In this document: piece by piece, positions 8,865 to 17,033 of the stretch
How the letters are laid out: every line of letters starts with the position of its first letter
Numbering within the stretch: position 1 is the stretch's first letter
DNA from: a virus
Lineage: Duplodnaviria; Caudoviricetes
Reading direction: 5' to 3' (one strand)
DNA: 36,927 nt
IMG/VR virus record: IMGVR_UViG_3300016476_000336
Location: 1-36,927 of that record
Notes under the pieces: model-generated
Database searches by the model: none
Told to the model about the DNA's origin: nothing
Seen by the model: the letters and a program-made list of their open reading frames with translations, nothing else
Position numbers and translations under genes: made by a program

Positions 8865-10413
8865 CCCTACCAAGGTAAAATGGGACGACGCCGGTGCTAT
8901 TGACCCCAACAAAGTAGATTGGTCAACGGGCGGCATGTCGCTTGGACGCGCGGCTGAAGTTTCCGGCGGTGCGGCTGCGCCGTTGGCGGCGGCTGCCGGT
9001 GCGGGGGCGCTATTAGGTGGCCCCGCGGGCGCAGCGCTCGCGGCCGGCGGTCTTGGCGCAGCGGATCTGGCCACGACGCTTTACAATGTCGCCGCGCCTC
9101 GTTTTGGCGGTCAGCCTGTCCGCACGCCGTCTGAAATCGTGCGCGGCTATCTCACGCCGGAATCGTTTAAGCCCCGCACGCAGGCCGAAGAACTTTTGGC
9201 GTCTGCGGTCGAGGGCGGCGCAGGCGCGCTGACCGGCGCGGGCGCAGCAAATGTGCTGGCCAAGCGCGCGGCCCCTGGTATGTTGCGGAACGCGCTGGCG
9301 ACGATGGCGGAACGTCCGGCCGTGCAGACTGGCGCGGGCGCTGTTGGCGCGGCGGCCCCGGTTCGCGCAGAACAGATGGGCGTCGAAGATCCGCGGGCGC
9401 TGCTGGCCACGAGCCTTGTTGGCGGTCTGGCTGGCGCGCATGGCGCGGCCGGGCTACAGCGCGGGCTTGAGTCGGGCGTCGCGGCCGCAGAGCGCGGCGC
9501 TATGCGAATGGTCGGCAAGCCGCCATCAACGGAAGCGCTTGGTGAACGCGCATCAAAGTCCTTTGAAACCGCTACGTCGCTCGGTGTTCAGTACGACCCG
9601 GCTAAATATCAGGCTTTTGCGGATACTATTGAGTCTAAACTTAAAGGTTATGATCCACGATTCAGCAAATTCTCTGATGTAAAGGTAGCCGTCGACGCGT
9701 TGAAAGATCTCGGAAGCCAGCCGCTGACGATAGAAAGTCTGCACAATGCGCGGCAGATGATTGGCGTTCTGCGTGACGACAAAGAAAAAGACGTGCGCCG
9801 ATTAGCGGGTATTCTGACTGACAAATTGGATGAATTTGTCACGAATGAAAAGAACGCCGGTATTACTGAACGCATGTCTGGCACAGGTAAGAAAGCCGCT
9901 GATGCTCTCATGGCGGGCATTAAAGATTACCGCATGATGTCAAAAAGTTCGGAAATCGAGCGGCTGATCGAGCGCGCCGATCTTGTCGGCGGTTCGGCGG
10001 AAAATATCGAGACGCAATTTCGTTCTTTGGCGCGTAACCCGGCGCGGCTTCGCAAGTTCTCGCCTGACGAACAGTCAATGATTAAGCGCATCGCCAAAGG
10101 ACAAGAAGGCTCGTCGCTTGTGAATCTCGTCAGCCAGCTCTCCCCGACGCGTAACCCGGCGGTTATGGCCGCGGAAATGCTCGTCGGCGGTTATGGGCTT
10201 AGCTCGCAAGATCCTTATGCCGGGCCGGCGGCTGTCACCGCTGCGGGCGCTGGACTTATGGGCCGCGCAGTTCGCAATGCACTGGCCAAACGCGCCGCCA
10301 GCAACGTCGCCGCTATGACGCGCGGCGCTCCGACCGCCGTTCCGTTCTCTGTTCAATACGCGCCGCTTGCCATGCCGTTGGCCACGCAAGGCGTCAACGC
10401 AATGGCGAGGTAA
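8854..10413 (+). CDS. Large DNA ejection/transfer protein
   Basis: 519 aa; Ala/Gly-rich hydrophobic stretches and a helical C-terminal half; third gene of the ejection cluster. Confidence 0.65.
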   Translation: MPIDPTKVKWDDAGAIDPNKVDWSTGGMSLGRAAEVSGGAAAPLAAAAGAGALLGGPAGAALAAGGLGAADLATTLYNVAAPRFGGQPVRTPSEIVRGYLTPESFKPRTQAEELLASAVEGGAGALTGAGAANVLAKRAAPGMLRNALATMAERPAVQTGAGAVGAAAPVRAEQMGVEDPRALLATSLVGGLAGAHGAAGLQRGLESGVAAAERGAMRMVGKPPSTEALGERASKSFETATSLGVQYDPAKYQAFADTIESKLKGYDPRFSKFSDVKVAVDALKDLGSQPLTIESLHNARQMIGVLRDDKEKDVRRLAGILTDKLDEFVTNEKNAGITERMSGTGKKAADALMAGIKDYRMMSKSSEIERLIERADLVGGSAENIETQFRSLARNPARLRKFSPDEQSMIKRIAKGQEGSSLVNLVSQLSPTRNPAVMAAEMLVGGYGLSSQDPYAGPAAVTAAGAGLMGRAVRNALAKRAASNVAAMTRGAPTAVPFSVQYAPLAMPLATQGVNAMAR

Positions 10414-10415
10414 TC

Positions 10416-10673
10416 GTGGTCGAATATCAAGTCCTTTTCGACGTAGCCATCGCGGTTATTGGCGTGTTGGGCGGCTGGACGCTTAACACCGTTTGGAGCG
10501 CCGTGCGAGATCTTCAGGTCGCTGACAAGGCGCTGGCGGAAAAGGTCGCAGATATAGAGGTGCTGGTCGCCGGCCGTTATATTACCCGCGATGAGTTCAA
10601 CGCTACGCTTAACCAAGTATTCGAGCGACTGGATCGCATACGCGATCTTCTCAGCACAAAGGCGGACAGATAA
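10416..10673 (+). CDS. Small membrane protein (holin/antiholin-like)
   Basis: GTG start with GAGG RBS; one N-terminal TM segment plus coiled coil; immediately before the endolysin. Confidence 0.55.
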   Translation: MVEYQVLFDVAIAVIGVLGGWTLNTVWSAVRDLQVADKALAEKVADIEVLVAGRYITRDEFNATLNQVFERLDRIRDLLSTKADR

Positions 10674-11065
10674 TGGGCTATAAACTTGGCGCGCAGTCCG
10701 AACTGCTCTTGCGAGGCGTTCACCCTGATCTGGTCAAGGTAATCCGCCGCGCGATTCAGATTTCCAAAATAGACTTTAAGGTTCTTGAAGGCGTTCGATC
10801 CGTCGCGCGTCAGCGTGAGCTGGTTCAGAAAGGCGCGTCGCAAACGATGAAGTCGCGGCACATTCACGGTTTCGCCGTTGACATCGCGCCGTTCGTCGCC
10901 GGTCAGATCCGTTGGGATTGGCCGCTTTATTTCCAGTTGGCGGCTACCGTCAAGCAAGCCGCCAAAGACGTTGGCGTGTCTGTCGAATGGGGCGGCGACT
11001 GGAAAACTTTTAAAGATGGGCCGCACTGGCAGTTGCCGGCGCGCAAATACCCGGACCCGAAATGA
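10673..11065 (+). CDS. Endolysin, M15-family L-Ala-D-Glu peptidase
   Basis: GVHPDL...EGVRS..RQ...SRHIHGFAVD...WGGDW..FKDGPHWQL zinc-peptidase motifs. Confidence 0.9.
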   Translation: MGYKLGAQSELLLRGVHPDLVKVIRRAIQISKIDFKVLEGVRSVARQRELVQKGASQTMKSRHIHGFAVDIAPFVAGQIRWDWPLYFQLAATVKQAAKDVGVSVEWGGDWKTFKDGPHWQLPARKYPDPK

Positions 11066-11163
11066 GACTAGCTCTTATCCTCTGTCTGTTTCTCGGCGGC
11101 TGCGAAGCGGCTACCTTGGCGGACTGTATTGTTCGCGATAATACGCCGCGGCCGTGTAACTAG
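11062..11163 (+). CDS. 33-aa predicted lipoprotein (not in ORF track)
   Basis: MRLALILCLFLGG-CEAATLADCIVRDNTPRPCN; lipobox LGGC; ATGA overlap with the endolysin stop. Confidence 0.6.
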   Translation: MRLALILCLFLGGCEAATLADCIVRDNTPRPCN

Positions 11164-11175
11164 GAGTGAACCATA

Positions 11176-11349
11176 ATGACGAATTGGATGACGACGATTC
11201 CGGGCGTTCTGGCGCTGCTGTCCGTTCTTTGGAACGCTTGGCAGACCAAGACGGTCAACTGGGAAGACCTTCAGGGCGCGCTCGTGGCCATTGGTCTGAT
11301 CGCGGCCAAAGATTTTAACGTGACCGGCGGGTCTAAGGTTCAGGACTGA
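11176..11349 (+). CDS. 57-aa holin-like membrane protein (not in ORF track)
   Basis: AGGAG RBS; MTNWMTTIPGVLALLSVLWNAWQ...GALVAIGLIAAKDFNVTGGSKVQD has two hydrophobic segments; lysis-module context. Confidence 0.7.
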   Translation: MTNWMTTIPGVLALLSVLWNAWQTKTVNWEDLQGALVAIGLIAAKDFNVTGGSKVQD

Positions 11350-11365
11350 AAGAGGCAGGCCGAAG

Positions 11366-11587
11366 TTGCCAAACCTAAGACTGTCGAAGAGACTGCTGCT
11401 GATCTTGACGCTGGCAAGTTCTAGCGGTTGCGCGTCTACCAGCGGGGGCGCATGTCCCCCACTGGTTGATTACTCGGCGGAACGCCAAACCAAAGCCGCC
11501 AAGGAATTACGGTCACTCCCCAAGGGAAGCGAGCTGGCCAACTTTATCGTGGACTACGGAAAGCTCCGCAGCGCGTGTCGGCTTTAG
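11366..11587 (+). CDS. Outer-membrane spanin-like lipoprotein (Rz1-like)
   Basis: TTG start; signal peptide with lipobox (SSGC), then CPPLVDYS...AAKEL..LP.GS...DY..LR..C; last gene of the lysis module. Confidence 0.65.
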   Translation: MPNLRLSKRLLLILTLASSSGCASTSGGACPPLVDYSAERQTKAAKELRSLPKGSELANFIVDYGKLRSACRL

Positions 11588-11917
11588 GGCTTTGGCGACC
11601 TTACGGTCAGCCTTCTTCTGGTAGTCAATAAATTCCGTGCCGACCTTAGTTGCCACGTAATCATCGGCAAACGTCGCCGCAAATAGCTCATAATTCACGG
11701 CGTCGACATGGCTGTCCAGATGGTTGGGCGACGCAAACGCGCGGGCGTTCTTAACGCAAGCCAGGATGATGGCGATTTCGTAGGGGTGAAAGTCACGGCC
11801 TAGACGCAGGCTGGCTAGGTCAGCGGCGAGCTGGAAATTGTTCTCAATCCCGCCGTAGCCTTCCCCACGCTGGTCAATAATATTAGCTGCATCAAGCAGT
11901 AGTTCTTGCGGTGTCAT
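11513..11917 (-). CDS. DUF6378-like phage protein
   Basis: LLDAANIIDQRGEGYG..ENNF...VKNAR...HLDSHVDAVNY pattern. Confidence 0.65.
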   Translation of the reverse strand: MTPQELLLDAANIIDQRGEGYGGIENNFQLAADLASLRLGRDFHPYEIAIILACVKNARAFASPNHLDSHVDAVNYELFAATFADDYVATKVGTEFIDYQKKADRKVAKALKPTRAAELSVVHDKVGQLASLGE

Positions 11918-12104
11918 TTATCATCTCCATTAGAGCCGCCCTTTCTCGCAACATGCGCAGCGTCGTGTAACGCTGATGCAGTCGCACTAAGATCGTAGAG
12001 CGCCGGGCGTGACGCATCTCGTCTTCCAAAAGGTCTTTCACCTCTTGTTCCGTAAAATCGGCAAGCTGGTCGTTAAGCGCTTTCCACGTCAGATAGTTCG
12101 GCAA
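11892..12104 (-). CDS. Hypothetical phage protein
   Basis: 70 aa, coupled to the helicase gene; WKALN.....RLHQRYTTLR..RER pattern. Confidence 0.65.
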   Translation of the reverse strand: MPNYLTWKALNDQLADFTEQEVKDLLEDEMRHARRSTILVRLHQRYTTLRMLRERAALMEMINDTARTTA

Positions 12105-13362
12105 GGGCCAACTCCGCTAAAGATTTTTTGTCGTGTAGCGCACTAAATATGCGTTCGTCAATAGTTTTATTGCACATGATGACGTAGCACCACACGTCGC
12201 GCGTTTGGCCGCTACGATGCAGACGGCCCACAGTCTGCTCGAATAGTTCAAGCGACCACGGCAGCGACAGGAAGATGATCTTGTTACCCCCGAACTGAAG
12301 GTTAAGCCCGTGCCCGGCGCTTTTGGGGTGAATCGCCAGCAGCGGGATCTTGCCCTCATTCCAGCGCTCGACGGCGTTGGGCTCGTCAATCGTGCTGACG
12401 TTAAACTGGCGCTGTAACTCGGCTAGTTCTTCTTTGTAATTGTAGACGATGATGGTATTGTCGCGCTGGTTTTCGTCGATGATGTCGCGCAACGTGTCGA
12501 ACTTCTGGCGGCCAAACCAATGAGCAACGCCTTGGCTATCATAAGCGAAGCCGGAGGTGAGCTGCTGAAGTTTGTTTGTGACAGCAGCCGCTGTCGCAGC
12601 CGTGATTTCCTCATGCACGTATTCCTTCTTCATGTTTTCATACGGTTCGCGGTCGTCCAGATCGCAGCGCATTTCGACGACGTGCAGCGGCGGCAGCTTG
12701 TCTTTATACTCGCCAGGCTCTAGCACGTAGGTTGCCGGCTTGATCGTTTCCATGACTTTTGGCAGCGCTTGCGGCAGCGGTTCCCATTGGCCGTAATCGC
12801 GGTTCACGCAATAGAAATATTGCTGTAAAAACGCGCCCTTGCTGCGGCCCAGCAGCGTCTGATCGACGACCTTGCACTGGCCAAACACGTCTTCTAAACC
12901 GTTGGACGTGAACGATCCTGTGCAGCCCCACCGGATCTTGAACTGGTCAAGGATTTTAAGAAGATGTTTAAACCGTTTGCCGCTCGGGTTTTTCAGCCGC
13001 GTCAATTCGTCGAACACAACGCCTGTGAAGCCTTTGGGGTCGATAGAAGGGATATTGTCGTAGTTGGTTACAACAATGTCGGCATCGCTTTCGAACGCTT
13101 TCTTACGCTGCGCGGGCGTTCCAACAGCGACGGCAATGTCAGTGTCAGGAGCCCATTTGCGCCCTTCGACCGGCCAAACGTCTGTGCAAACGCGCTTCGG
13201 CGCTAGCACAAGCCAACGGTCGCAATGGCCATGCACAAGCATCTCGGTCATGGCGGTCAGCGTAATTGCGGTCTTGCCAGCGCCAACAGGCGCTAAGATC
13301 ATGGCGCGGTCGCGGGAGAACAGGAAATCAGCGGCGTCGTGCTGGTATGGTCGGAGATCCAT
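12073..13362 (-). CDS. SNF2-like SF2 helicase
   Basis: LRPYQ Q-motif, GAGKT Walker A, VFDELT Walker B, SAGHGLNLQ, QTVGRLHRSGQ. Confidence 0.92.
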   Translation of the reverse strand: MDLRPYQHDAADFLFSRDRAMILAPVGAGKTAITLTAMTEMLVHGHCDRWLVLAPKRVCTDVWPVEGRKWAPDTDIAVAVGTPAQRKKAFESDADIVVTNYDNIPSIDPKGFTGVVFDELTRLKNPSGKRFKHLLKILDQFKIRWGCTGSFTSNGLEDVFGQCKVVDQTLLGRSKGAFLQQYFYCVNRDYGQWEPLPQALPKVMETIKPATYVLEPGEYKDKLPPLHVVEMRCDLDDREPYENMKKEYVHEEITAATAAAVTNKLQQLTSGFAYDSQGVAHWFGRQKFDTLRDIIDENQRDNTIIVYNYKEELAELQRQFNVSTIDEPNAVERWNEGKIPLLAIHPKSAGHGLNLQFGGNKIIFLSLPWSLELFEQTVGRLHRSGQTRDVWCYVIMCNKTIDERIFSALHDKKSLAELALAELSDVESA

Positions 13363-13616
13363 TTGTCAACCTCGTCTTTAGACCAAAGACAATCATAACT
13401 CTGATTTAACAACGCCATTTCACGCGCGAACATATCTTGCAGCGGCGACACTTTACCGCCGGGTCGCTTTAGTTCTATGAAGTGCGTCGTGCCATCCGGT
13501 AAACAAACGATCCGGTCGCTGACGCCGCGATTCGATGACGACACGAACTTATACGCGCGCCCACCGACTGATTTTACTCGTTTTACGAGATACGCTTCAA
13601 TATCTTTCTCAAGCAT
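13299..13616 (-). CDS. VRR-NUC domain nuclease
   Basis: EKDIE.YL...GG.AYKFVS...GVSDRIV...FIELKRPGG..SPLQ. Confidence 0.88.
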   Translation of the reverse strand: MLEKDIEAYLVKRVKSVGGRAYKFVSSSNRGVSDRIVCLPDGTTHFIELKRPGGKVSPLQDMFAREMALLNQSYDCLWSKDEVDKWISDHTSTTPLISCSPATAP

Positions 13617-13818
13617 GTTTCGCCCACTTAATCACCGCGATACATTGGTCTACGTTAAACTGCTGTATGTGGCATTGGTCTTTGGTCATGCCCATGTGCC
13701 TCGCCAACGCCCGATAAGCCCGCGTTCGTGACATGCGGCCAGACTTCCAAAGCGCGTCAAAAACATCGTGCGCTACGGCACGCGCGGCCCCTGTTCCGAT
13801 GTGGTGTAGGTCAAACAT
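13609..13818 (-). CDS. Small protein resembling the C-terminal part of DUF3268
   Basis: AHDVFDALWK...SRTRAY..LA..MG....CHI..F..DQC; the N-terminal Cys knuckle is absent. Confidence 0.6.
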   Translation of the reverse strand: MFDLHHIGTGAARAVAHDVFDALWKSGRMSRTRAYRALARHMGMTKDQCHIQQFNVDQCIAVIKWAKHA

Positions 13819-13828
13819 AAAAAAACTA

Positions 13829-13858
13829 TTGACACACTCACTGCAAATTGTCTAGTGT
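13829..13858 (+). promoter_or_regulatory. Sigma70-like promoter for the replication operon, in the divergent intergenic gap
   Basis: TTGACA (13829-34), 18-nt spacer, TAGTGT (13853-58); A-tract upstream. Confidence 0.55.
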
Positions 13859-13880
13859 CGAATCACTGAAAGGTAAGATA

Positions 13881-14975
13881 ATGGCCCATAGCAACATCGT
13901 CGGCGGTTCGACCGCTAAACGTCTCATCAACTGCCCCGGTTCGCGCGCGTTAGTCGCGACAATGCCGGAAAAGCCCACAAGCAAATACGCCGAAGAAGGC
14001 TCGCGTTTGCATGACGCTATGCACATGATTTTGTCGCATGGTGCGAAGGTTGAAGATTATCCTGACAATGAGAAGTTAATCCTTGCACTTGACTCATTAA
14101 ACGAGATCGACCCTAATAATGAGCTTGAGTTTGCCACGGAGGTAAATGTCCATTTCAATGACTTTCTTGCCGGAGTTTACGGTTCTTGCGATCTCGCTGG
14201 CCGTATACGCAATCGTGCGATAGTCCTCGACTGGAAGTTCGGGGATGGCGTTGCGGTAGACGCCGAAGAAAATGAGCAGCTTATGTTCTATTGCGCCGCA
14301 GGTATGCGGACGGAACAACTGCGTTGGGTGTTTGAAGGCGTTGACGAGATCGAACTTATCATCGTGCAGCCGCCGTATGTGAAGCGTTGGCTGACGACGC
14401 CCGGTCGCATTAAGGCGTTCGAGCGCACGCTGTATGACGCCGTGCAGGCATCGTTCAAGCCTAATGCGCCGTTTAACGCTGGCGATCACTGCCGTTGGTG
14501 CGCAGCCAAGCCTGTCTGCCCGTTGCTGACGGGTCAGCTTGAGCGCGCGGTTGCGACGAAGATTAAAGGTATAGACCCGGAGAAAGTTGGCAATGCTTTG
14601 GCGTTTGCGATCCTTGCGGAAGAATGGGCTAAAAGCGTCCGTGAGCTGGCCCAGACGATGTTGGAAAACAACGCGGCCGTGCCGGGGTGGAAACTTGTCC
14701 CAAAACGGCCCACTAGACAGTGGGTTAATGATGAAGGAGCGCGCGAAGCTCTTGAACAAATGGGACTGGATAATTCGGAATTGATGGTGACGGAACTGAA
14801 ATCACCGGCGCAGATTGAGAAGGTGCTGAAGAAGCATAAGCTCGAACTGCCGGCAGATCTTGTCGTCGCTGTCTCACCAGGTCAGACAATCGCACCGGAG
14901 TCAGATCCGCGTCCGGCAGTCTTGACAATAGGCAAGAACATTTATTCTGCCTTCTCTAAACTCGAGGTAAAGTAA
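13881..14975 (+). CDS. DUF2800-like PD-(D/E)XK exonuclease (Cas4-like fold)
   Basis: HS.IVGGSTAKR...CPGS, AEEGS.LH, GSCD, VLDWKFGDG, QLMFY, HCRWC..K..CP; AAGGT RBS favours the ATG at 13881. Confidence 0.85.
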   Translation: MAHSNIVGGSTAKRLINCPGSRALVATMPEKPTSKYAEEGSRLHDAMHMILSHGAKVEDYPDNEKLILALDSLNEIDPNNELEFATEVNVHFNDFLAGVYGSCDLAGRIRNRAIVLDWKFGDGVAVDAEENEQLMFYCAAGMRTEQLRWVFEGVDEIELIIVQPPYVKRWLTTPGRIKAFERTLYDAVQASFKPNAPFNAGDHCRWCAAKPVCPLLTGQLERAVATKIKGIDPEKVGNALAFAILAEEWAKSVRELAQTMLENNAAVPGWKLVPKRPTRQWVNDEGAREALEQMGLDNSELMVTELKSPAQIEKVLKKHKLELPADLVVAVSPGQTIAPESDPRPAVLTIGKNIYSAFSKLEVK

Positions 14976-15604
14976 TGTCTAATATTGTAAAGTTCGGCAA
15001 CGCCAATCTCCCCACCGCTGCGTCTCTGGCTGAGTCGCTTCGCAAACTCGACACCGACGCTTCTGTCGGTTCGGTTATCCTGAAAATGGATAAGACCGGC
15101 CATTGGGTTTACGGCGCGGATCAGACTGAGACCGACAAAGACGGACGCTGGGCGGTCAATCCGTTCTCGTTTGTCCACGGTTTCATCGCGTGGGGCGAAG
15201 GCGAGGTGCTTGGCGAGAAGATGGTGTCTATTACGGAGCCGCTTCCCGAACTGGACGTGCCCCCGCCTGGCGCGAAGCGCGGGTGGGAGCCCCAGGTTGG
15301 CATGAGCGTCAAGTGCCTTGATGGCGAGGACGCTGGCGTTGAAGCGCGTTACACTGTCACATCTGTTGGCGGTAAGCGCGCGATGCACCAGCTCGCCATG
15401 AAGGTCGCCGATCAGGTCGAGAAAAATCAAGACGCGCCTGTGGCCGTCGTGAAGCTCGGCTCGGAATATTATCAGCACAAATCCTATGGCCGCGTCTACA
15501 CTCCGGTGTTTGATGTGATCGAATGGATCTCGCTCGACGGTGCGCCGGCTGAGACTACGGTCGATGGCTCTACCGCAGACACCGGTCGTCGTCGTCGCGG
15601 CTGA
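14975..15604 (+). CDS. Putative single-stranded DNA-binding protein
   Basis: Sits between the exonuclease and polymerase genes; aromatic beta-rich core (WVYGAD, WAVNPFSFVHG, YQHKSYGRVYTPVF). Function inferred from position. Confidence 0.55.
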   Translation: MSNIVKFGNANLPTAASLAESLRKLDTDASVGSVILKMDKTGHWVYGADQTETDKDGRWAVNPFSFVHGFIAWGEGEVLGEKMVSITEPLPELDVPPPGAKRGWEPQVGMSVKCLDGEDAGVEARYTVTSVGGKRAMHQLAMKVADQVEKNQDAPVAVVKLGSEYYQHKSYGRVYTPVFDVIEWISLDGAPAETTVDGSTADTGRRRRG

Positions 15605-15613
15605 TAATAGGGA

Positions 15614-15643
15614 GGGCGGGGGCTAACAACCCCCGTCTTTTTT
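15614..15643 (+). terminator. Intrinsic terminator
   Basis: GGGCGGGGG-CTAACAA-CCCCCGTCT stem followed by a T-run. Confidence 0.75.
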
Positions 15644-15644
15644 C

Positions 15645-16193
15645 ATGGCATTTGATATGAAGGCTTGGAAAGAAGCCAACCGCGAAAAAATTAAACTCTA
15701 TTCGGTTCGAGCGCGTTTGAAGAAAAAAGGTCTGCTTTCGCCTGAGACGGTCGAACAAATGATGGCGGAACGTGCGGCCAAGAAAGCCGCGTCTGCCGAA
15801 CGTGCTAAACAGCGTAAGCGTGAATGGGCGGCAGCTAACAAAGAGCGCAAGAACGCGCGCTATCGGGAGCGCTATCACAGCGACCCTGAGTTTAGACGCC
15901 GTGAGATCGACAAGCGTATGAAGAGTTTTGACCGGGAAGCGCACAGCGCTGAACGTCAAGCCGCTAGAGAGGCCAAGAAAGCGGCTAAAGAGTTAGCAAA
16001 ACAAGCGGCGAAGGAAAGCCGTCAACGGGCAAGAGAGGAAGACAGACTAAAAAAGAAAAAGCTAGAGAACGCCAAGCGGCACGCGCTGGCGATGGAAAAG
16101 GCGGCGAAAATCGCGCCTAAACCTAAGAAAGTAACGATGAACACAAGGAAGCCGGGAAGGCTTGTAGCACTAGCGGGATGGATGGGATGGTAG
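15645..16193 (+). CDS. Highly basic, charged helical hypothetical protein
   Basis: K/R/E/A-rich, with two W.xANxE(K/R) motifs. Confidence 0.65.
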   Translation: MAFDMKAWKEANREKIKLYSVRARLKKKGLLSPETVEQMMAERAAKKAASAERAKQRKREWAAANKERKNARYRERYHSDPEFRRREIDKRMKSFDREAHSAERQAAREAKKAAKELAKQAAKESRQRAREEDRLKKKKLENAKRHALAMEKAAKIAPKPKKVTMNTRKPGRLVALAGWMGW

Positions 16194-16390
16194 CTCTTAA
16201 TACTAATCGTCGATTCAAAGATCCTTCAGAATTGACTGAGTATGAGAAGAAGATTTTAGCCTTGCGCCGCCAAGGACTCACATGGAGACAAATCGCCGAA
16301 AAGATTGGCAATATTAGCCCACGTTCAGTCAGCGTCAAATGGGTCGTCATTAAAGAAAAGCTGGAAGCGATGGGCGTGTCGCCGCATTGA
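16178..16390 (+). CDS. HTH DNA-binding protein (LuxR/sigma region 4-like)
   Basis: LTEYEKKILALRRQGLTWRQIAEKIG; start may be the ATG at 16187. Confidence 0.7.
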   Translation: MDGMVALNTNRRFKDPSELTEYEKKILALRRQGLTWRQIAEKIGNISPRSVSVKWVVIKEKLEAMGVSPH

Positions 16391-16402
16391 AGGAGACGGG
16401 GG

Positions 16403-16645
16403 ATGAGTGAAGTAGCGACGCATTTGCTGCAAAAGCGGATTGAGCAACTTATTTACGAACGCGACTTAGCCCGCGCAGAGAACGAGAAGCTACGTGCGGC
16501 GTTGAAGCCGTTCGCTGCATACGTCGATCAGCCGACAAAGATTTACGAACATGAGGGCGTCCGCGTGGCGTTAGTCGATCAAGACGTTTTGCGGCGGTTA
16601 TGTCGCGCCGCAGCCGCCGCATTGAAGGAGACGGGGGATGAGTAA
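16403..16645 (+). CDS. Mosaic small protein 1 (RAENEKLRAALKP / AAAALKETGDE family)
   Basis: AAGGAG RBS supplied by repeat A; shares the coiled-coil and C-terminal motifs with its neighbours. Confidence 0.75.
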   Translation: MSEVATHLLQKRIEQLIYERDLARAENEKLRAALKPFAAYVDQPTKIYEHEGVRVALVDQDVLRRLCRAAAAALKETGDE

Positions 16646-17033
16646 GAAAGATAACGTGGCTTATAGCTTGCAGACGCTATGTCATCCTGCGTCTGAGTTT
16701 TTGGCTGACGGACAGCGATTGACACTTTTCATTAAGCGAGGAAATGAAGCCGCCTCCGAAATCCTCCGCCTCCGCGCAGAGAACGAGAAGCTACGTGCGG
16801 CGGCTAAAGAGGCGCAAGTCACTTTCGACGCAACATGGAGTGAGGCCGACCTATTGCGGGTTGAAAATAATGAGCAGCGTCAGGAAATCGAGAAGCTACG
16901 GGCGGTGTTGAAGCCGTTTGCTGACATTGCAGCGCAATTCGAATTTGCTGACGACAATGAAGGTATCTCCGGCGTTTTGCTTGGCGAACTACGCGCCGCC
17001 GCCGCCGCATTGAAGGAGACGGGGGATGAGTGA
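16638..17033 (+). CDS. Mosaic small protein 2 (two coiled-coil motifs)
   Basis: Same RBS repeat; contains EILRLRAENEKLRAA and EIEKLRAVLKPFA; ends AAAALKETGDE. Confidence 0.75.
   Translation: MSKKDNVAYSLQTLCHPASEFLADGQRLTLFIKRGNEAASEILRLRAENEKLRAAAKEAQVTFDATWSEADLLRVENNEQRQEIEKLRAVLKPFADIAAQFEFADDNEGISGVLLGELRAAAAALKETGDE

Noticed and set aside
13881-14975. Cas4 as part of a CRISPR system
   Set aside because: It sits in the usual exonuclease-SSB-PolA replication block of phages, with no cas1/cas2 or array.
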